29,085 bases of DNA, taken from the IMG/VR virus record IMGVR_UViG_3300048849_000031, positions 1-29,085 of that record; one strand, 5' to 3'. A program made the position numbers and the translations under genes. This document shows, one piece after another, positions 25,826 through 29,085 of this stretch. Source of the stretch: a virus. Taxonomy: Duplodnaviria > Caudoviricetes. Under the pieces are notes generated by a model, which had not been told where the DNA came from, did not search any database, and saw only the letters and a program-made list of their open reading frames with translations. The first letter of the stretch is position 1. Each line of letters opens with the position of its first letter.

Positions 25826-26407
25826 TCAAGGACGGCCGCAGGGACGCGCCAGGTGGCCGGTCTTCGGACAGGGCGGAGGATCGCTGTCGTTGGTGTCCCA
25901 CGTCATCGCACAGCGGAGACAGCGCATCTGGTCGGAGAACTGAGTTCCTTCGCAGTCCTGCTCCGACATGCTGTTATGCTGCGATGCTGGCATGACAGCT
26001 TCCTGCTTTCGCACCATGCGGGCATGCCATCGGACCAGCGTGCGGCTGAACTTCTTCTCGCCATGTTTCGCGATATCGACCGCCTGGTAGACGACGGTGG
26101 GCAGGAAGGCAGGCCGACTGGACCCGACGTTGGTGTGGTCGAGGACCCGGTACTCTCTGTCGTCATGCAGCCACACGGAACCCAGCTCGGGCATCTCCAG
26201 ATCGCGGCTCAACCGGCTTTCCCGCTCGGGAGTCAGCACGTCCACCTTAGCCCGGCGGTCGTAGGGCACCCACTGCTCCTGGCCGATCCCGTTGAAGACG
26301 CGGCCACCGATGCGGAAGCTGCGATCCGGCTTCACCCTGCCGATGATGACGCAGGAGACCGAGTTGTCGGCCTCCGTCAACATCGCGTAGTCGCCCTCGA
26401 TGAACAT
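25826..26407 (-). CDS. Mosaic hypothetical protein (DUF1653-like middle, Cys-rich C-terminus)
   Basis: AAGGAGG RBS before the ATG at 26407; EYRVL...TVVY...SRTLVRW; SDQMRCLRCAMTWDTNDSDPPPC. Confidence 0.65.
   Translation of the reverse strand: MFIEGDYAMLTEADNSVSCVIIGRVKPDRSFRIGGRVFNGIGQEQWVPYDRRAKVDVLTPERESRLSRDLEMPELGSVWLHDDREYRVLDHTNVGSSRPAFLPTVVYQAVDIAKHGEKKFSRTLVRWHARMVRKQEAVMPASQHNSMSEQDCEGTQFSDQMRCLRCAMTWDTNDSDPPPCPKTGHLARPCGRP
25961..26040. repeat. Phased 8-bp repeat array 5, inside a CDS
   Basis: CTCCGACA TGCTGTTA TGCTGCGA TGCTGGCA TGACAGCT TCCTGCTT TCGCACCA TGCGGGCA TGCCATCG GACCAGCG. Confidence 0.7.
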
Positions 26408-26470
26408 GGAGCCTCCTTGCTCGCTGGCGTTCATTCGGGGGTCGGCCGAGACCGGCCCCCTAGGTGATCG

Positions 26471-26614
26471 TCAGTCCTCTTCGGCTTCCGCGTCGGCCGC
26501 CAGGTTCGCGTAGTCGGCAGCCAGAGTGTGCAGGACGGCCTCGACTTGCCGCGCGTCGAGACCGCTGCCGTCGCAGACACGGCGCAGCGCGTCTTCCAGG
26601 CTTTGCCCGTCCAT
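26471..26614 (-). CDS. Hypothetical acidic protein, 47 aa
   Basis: TGATG overlap with the upstream gene; MDGQSLEDALRR...AEAEED. Confidence 0.5.
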   Translation of the reverse strand: MDGQSLEDALRRVCDGSGLDARQVEAVLHTLAADYANLAADAEAEED

Positions 26615-27027
26615 CAGATGTCGTCCGGGTCTTCGGACGGGGTGACGACGGCCTTGGTGATCGGCTCGCCCCATTCATCCAGTTCCTCCCCGCCCGGAGC
26701 CGGCGCGGGGGAGGGCAGGTCGGCGCTCGCGACATGGCCGGTCGGGTAGCTGACGCTGGACTCGCCGGCCGCGAACGGCACGCCGGACGTGCCTTTCATG
26801 ATGCCGGCGATCAGGACCCGCACGTCGTCGCGGTCGGCTTCCGACACCTCGAAGCGGTCGTTGTTGCCTGCCTCGATCACACCGCGGAACTCAGTTCCCG
26901 ACACCGCCTGGAAGGCGATCTGCGTCACCCCGTTCTCGTGGCAGTGCTCGGTGCATGCCTTCTTGGTGGTGTTCTTCTCGGGGCGCTCGCGGCCCTGCGG
27001 GCTGGCGATGAAATGGCGAATCTTCAC
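26614..27027 (-). CDS. Hypothetical protein, 137 aa, ending EDPDDI
   Basis: AGGAG RBS before a GTG start; operon tiling. Confidence 0.6.
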   Translation of the reverse strand: MKIRHFIASPQGRERPEKNTTKKACTEHCHENGVTQIAFQAVSGTEFRGVIEAGNNDRFEVSEADRDDVRVLIAGIMKGTSGVPFAAGESSVSYPTGHVASADLPSPAPAPGGEELDEWGEPITKAVVTPSEDPDDI

Positions 27028-27037
27028 GGGGTCGCTC

Positions 27038-27199
27038 CTAGGGCTTGATGAGGAAGAGGGTGGCGCCGAGCAGCAGGAGCAGCCCAGCGATGACCAGCCG
27101 GTAGCGGCGGCGCCGCTGCTGGTCTGCGGTGATGCGGGCGCGCAGGCGCTCGATATCGAAGTCCAGGCGCTTCACGTCGGCCTGTGTCTTGCTGCCCAT
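27038..27199 (-). CDS. 53-aa protein with a C-terminal membrane anchor
   Basis: MGSKTQADVKRLDFDIERLRARITADQQRRRRYRLVIAGLLLLLGATLFLIKP; fills the gap between its neighbours. Confidence 0.6.
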   Translation of the reverse strand: MGSKTQADVKRLDFDIERLRARITADQQRRRRYRLVIAGLLLLLGATLFLIKP

Positions 27200-27201
27200 G
27201 G

Positions 27202-28257
27202 TCAGATGTCATCCGGTTCTTCGGCCGTCGCCGGTTCGGCTTCGCGGGATTCAGCGATGGCCTGTTCCAGCGGCGTCGGCTCGGGCTCGCCGGCTGCCTC
27301 GCCTTCCTCGGCCTTCATGGGCACCCGCAGCGACGCATCGTTGGTCGCACCGCGAGGCTGGCCCATGTAGTCCTCCAGCTCGGCCAGGACATCCAGATCG
27401 TCCCCCTTGCGCCACGCATCCAGCCAGATCAGGCCGGTGGCCGGCATGTCGCAGGCGTAGTTGATGGCGGAGAGGAGGAAGTCGGCCGCGGAGGCGGGGC
27501 GGGCGACCGCCGGCTTGGGCTCGCGAACCCGCTTCTCGATGTGCTTATTCGTGACGCGCGACTTGCCGGCGGCCTCGGCCTTCTCCAGACCCTCCTTCAG
27601 CGCCTTGCCGGCGTTGCTGCCGTGCTCCTTCAGCGTCGCGATCGCAGTGGAGGCGGCGGTCTTACCGGAGATGACCATGGTGCGGACGGAGGCCGGAGCG
27701 CCCAGCAGCATCAGCAGATCGCCGACATACTTCTTGCTGACGTTGAACCGCGCCGCGATCCGGTCGTCATCCCACCCGAACTTGGTGAAGCGGCCGACCG
27801 CGATGGCGAGTTCCATAGGACTCAGCGAGCGGGCTTCCTGGGCGGTCGCCACCATCTCGGCGGTGATATCCTCCAGGGATGTGCCCGGCGGTGCGACAAC
27901 GACCGGCAGTGCCTCAATCTGGGCACCCTCGGCGATGGCGCGCTTGGCGGCCTCCAGGCGGCGGTGGCCGTCGTAGACGTTGATGAAGGTCTGATCACCT
28001 TCCTTCGTAATCAACGCGGCCAGAGGCTTGTGCGGGAGGAAGCCACCCTTCTTGATGGACTCCTTCAGGCTTTCGATGGACTGCTCATAGTCCGGCGCAT
28101 CAACGATGCGGATGTTGAAGCCTGGCATGATGTGTAGATAGTCCGGCGGGACCATCCAGAGGTCACGGGAGCCCTGCGCCGTCTGCTTCATGACGGTCTT
28201 GGCGCCGACCTGAACGAACTCTTTGTCGAAGTCGAGGGGCAGCGGTGTCTTCGCCAC
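27202..28257 (-). CDS. ParB/Srx N-terminal domain protein with HTH-like middle
   Basis: IMPGFNIR, VYDGHRRLEAA, GWDDDRIAARFNVSKKYV; AGGAGG RBS. Confidence 0.8.
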   Translation of the reverse strand: MAKTPLPLDFDKEFVQVGAKTVMKQTAQGSRDLWMVPPDYLHIMPGFNIRIVDAPDYEQSIESLKESIKKGGFLPHKPLAALITKEGDQTFINVYDGHRRLEAAKRAIAEGAQIEALPVVVAPPGTSLEDITAEMVATAQEARSLSPMELAIAVGRFTKFGWDDDRIAARFNVSKKYVGDLLMLLGAPASVRTMVISGKTAASTAIATLKEHGSNAGKALKEGLEKAEAAGKSRVTNKHIEKRVREPKPAVARPASAADFLLSAINYACDMPATGLIWLDAWRKGDDLDVLAELEDYMGQPRGATNDASLRVPMKAEEGEAAGEPEPTPLEQAIAESREAEPATAEEPDDI

Positions 28258-28287
28258 GCGGGGGGCCTCCTGTGCTGCGTTTTGTTG

Positions 28288-28339
28288 GTAGGGAAGTTAT
28301 ACAACCGCAGACACAAGAGGAGTCAACAGTTAGGGAAGT
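28288..28339 (-). promoter_or_regulatory. Probable promoter flanked by two TAGGGAAGT boxes
   Basis: Minus strand TTGACT...TATAAC (19-nt spacer, longer than canonical); boxes at 28288-28297 and 28330-28339. Confidence 0.55.
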
Positions 28340-28479
28340 AGAAAGATCAGCAGGGCTACCGCTAGGATCAGCACCAGCACCGCCGCCGGTCGTAGGAGGC
28401 GGTGCCACCGGGGAGGGATCAGCCCAGCGACCTGGCCGAGCCACGCCTGGAGGAGCAGGGCGAGTTGCTGGCTGGTCAC
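28330..28479 (-). CDS. 49-aa membrane protein
   Basis: GTGA overlap; MTSQQLALLLQAWLGQVAGLIPPRWHRLLRPAAVLVLILAVALLIFLLP. Confidence 0.5.
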   Translation of the reverse strand: MTSQQLALLLQAWLGQVAGLIPPRWHRLLRPAAVLVLILAVALLIFLLP

Positions 28480-28658
28480 GCCGCCTGCCCCTTGATCCTG
28501 ATCTCCCGGTCCTCAAAGACGAAAATGACAGACGCGGATGTGAAGCGGACCTTCACCCGATCCATCTGACCCCACGGGACCCCGAAGTAGCGCAGAGCCT
28601 CCTTCATCTCCTCGTAGAATCCCTCCAGGGTCATCTCGCAGGCGGTGCCTTCGCTCAT
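28476..28658 (-). CDS. Hypothetical protein, 60 aa
   Basis: ATGA overlap with the upstream gene; MSEGTACEMTLEGFYEEMKEALRYF... Confidence 0.6.
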   Translation of the reverse strand: MSEGTACEMTLEGFYEEMKEALRYFGVPWGQMDRVKVRFTSASVIFVFEDREIRIKGQAA

Positions 28659-29085
28659 GCACCGGCCTCCGGCACCGCGACGGCCGGGATCAAGGCAAGA
28701 ATGGCTTCCTCCGTCTCCTCCCAATCCGCCATGCTTTCGGCGCCGTCGCCTGGATAGTTCCAGGCCCCGGTGTCCGGCTCCTGGCTGCCGTGCTCGGCGT
28801 GGTATGCGGTGTGCTTCTTGTTCAAGATCGCAGCCGCTTTCCGCAGCCCGGCCTCCTCCCCCTCTGTCCTCGCTTGATTTACGGCGGCAGCGTGGTCATC
28901 CGGGGTTAGGCAGGGGCCAACATAAGCATAGGCAGGCATCCAAGTCGGACGATCATCTATCAGTTCGTCAGGGCTGACTCGCCGCCCACCAATCGCCCAT
29001 TTCTGTGATCTCGCATACCACTTCACGGGGTAGTCGGAAGCAGGGATCACGCCTGGACAGGTCAGCCAGTGGTGGCCGTCCCTCT
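28655..29085 (-). CDS. Phage hypothetical protein, probably 5'-truncated by the window edge
   Basis: Frame stays open upstream of the GTG at 29050 to the window edge (RDGHHWLTCPGV...YVGPCLTP). Confidence 0.6.
   Translation of the reverse strand, partial: RDGHHWLTCPGVIPASDYPVKWYARSQKWAIGGRRVSPDELIDDRPTWMPAYAYVGPCLTPDDHAAAVNQARTEGEEAGLRKAAAILNKKHTAYHAEHGSQEPDTGAWNYPGDGAESMADWEETEEAILALIPAVAVPEAGA

Noticed and set aside
26437-26460. GC hairpin as an intrinsic terminator
   Set aside because: Stem present but no U-tract on either strand; function unsupported.

Overview
High-GC tailed-phage genome segment. The host is probably an alphaproteobacterium, inferred from a GTTC-N7-GTTC LexA box and the protein families present. 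Positions 1-21289 (+) hold an intact siphovirus late operon with a lambda-like head and a Chi/BcepNazgul-like tail gene order: head decoration, gpE-type major capsid, neck and tail-completion genes, tail tube, tail chaperone with a -1 frameshift, tape measure, tail-tip module, a foldon-repeat tail fibre, and a lysis cassette ending in a DUF3380 muramidase. Immediately after lysis is a LexA-box-preceded Zn-ribbon gene. It is followed on the - strand by a plasmid-like maintenance module: ParA, a small ribbon-helix-helix protein, a probable antisense RNA and a winged-helix Rep-like protein. Five phased arrays of a degenerate 8-bp unit (TGCTGGCA-like) lie in and around this module, three of them inside coding sequence. 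They look like a dispersed centromere, which points to a phage-plasmid. Positions 23801-29085 (-) are early/accessory genes: HNH, dCMP deaminase, Zn-ribbon, Xis-like HTH, a ParB-domain protein and several small membrane proteins. All family calls come from motif recognition and synteny; no searches were run.
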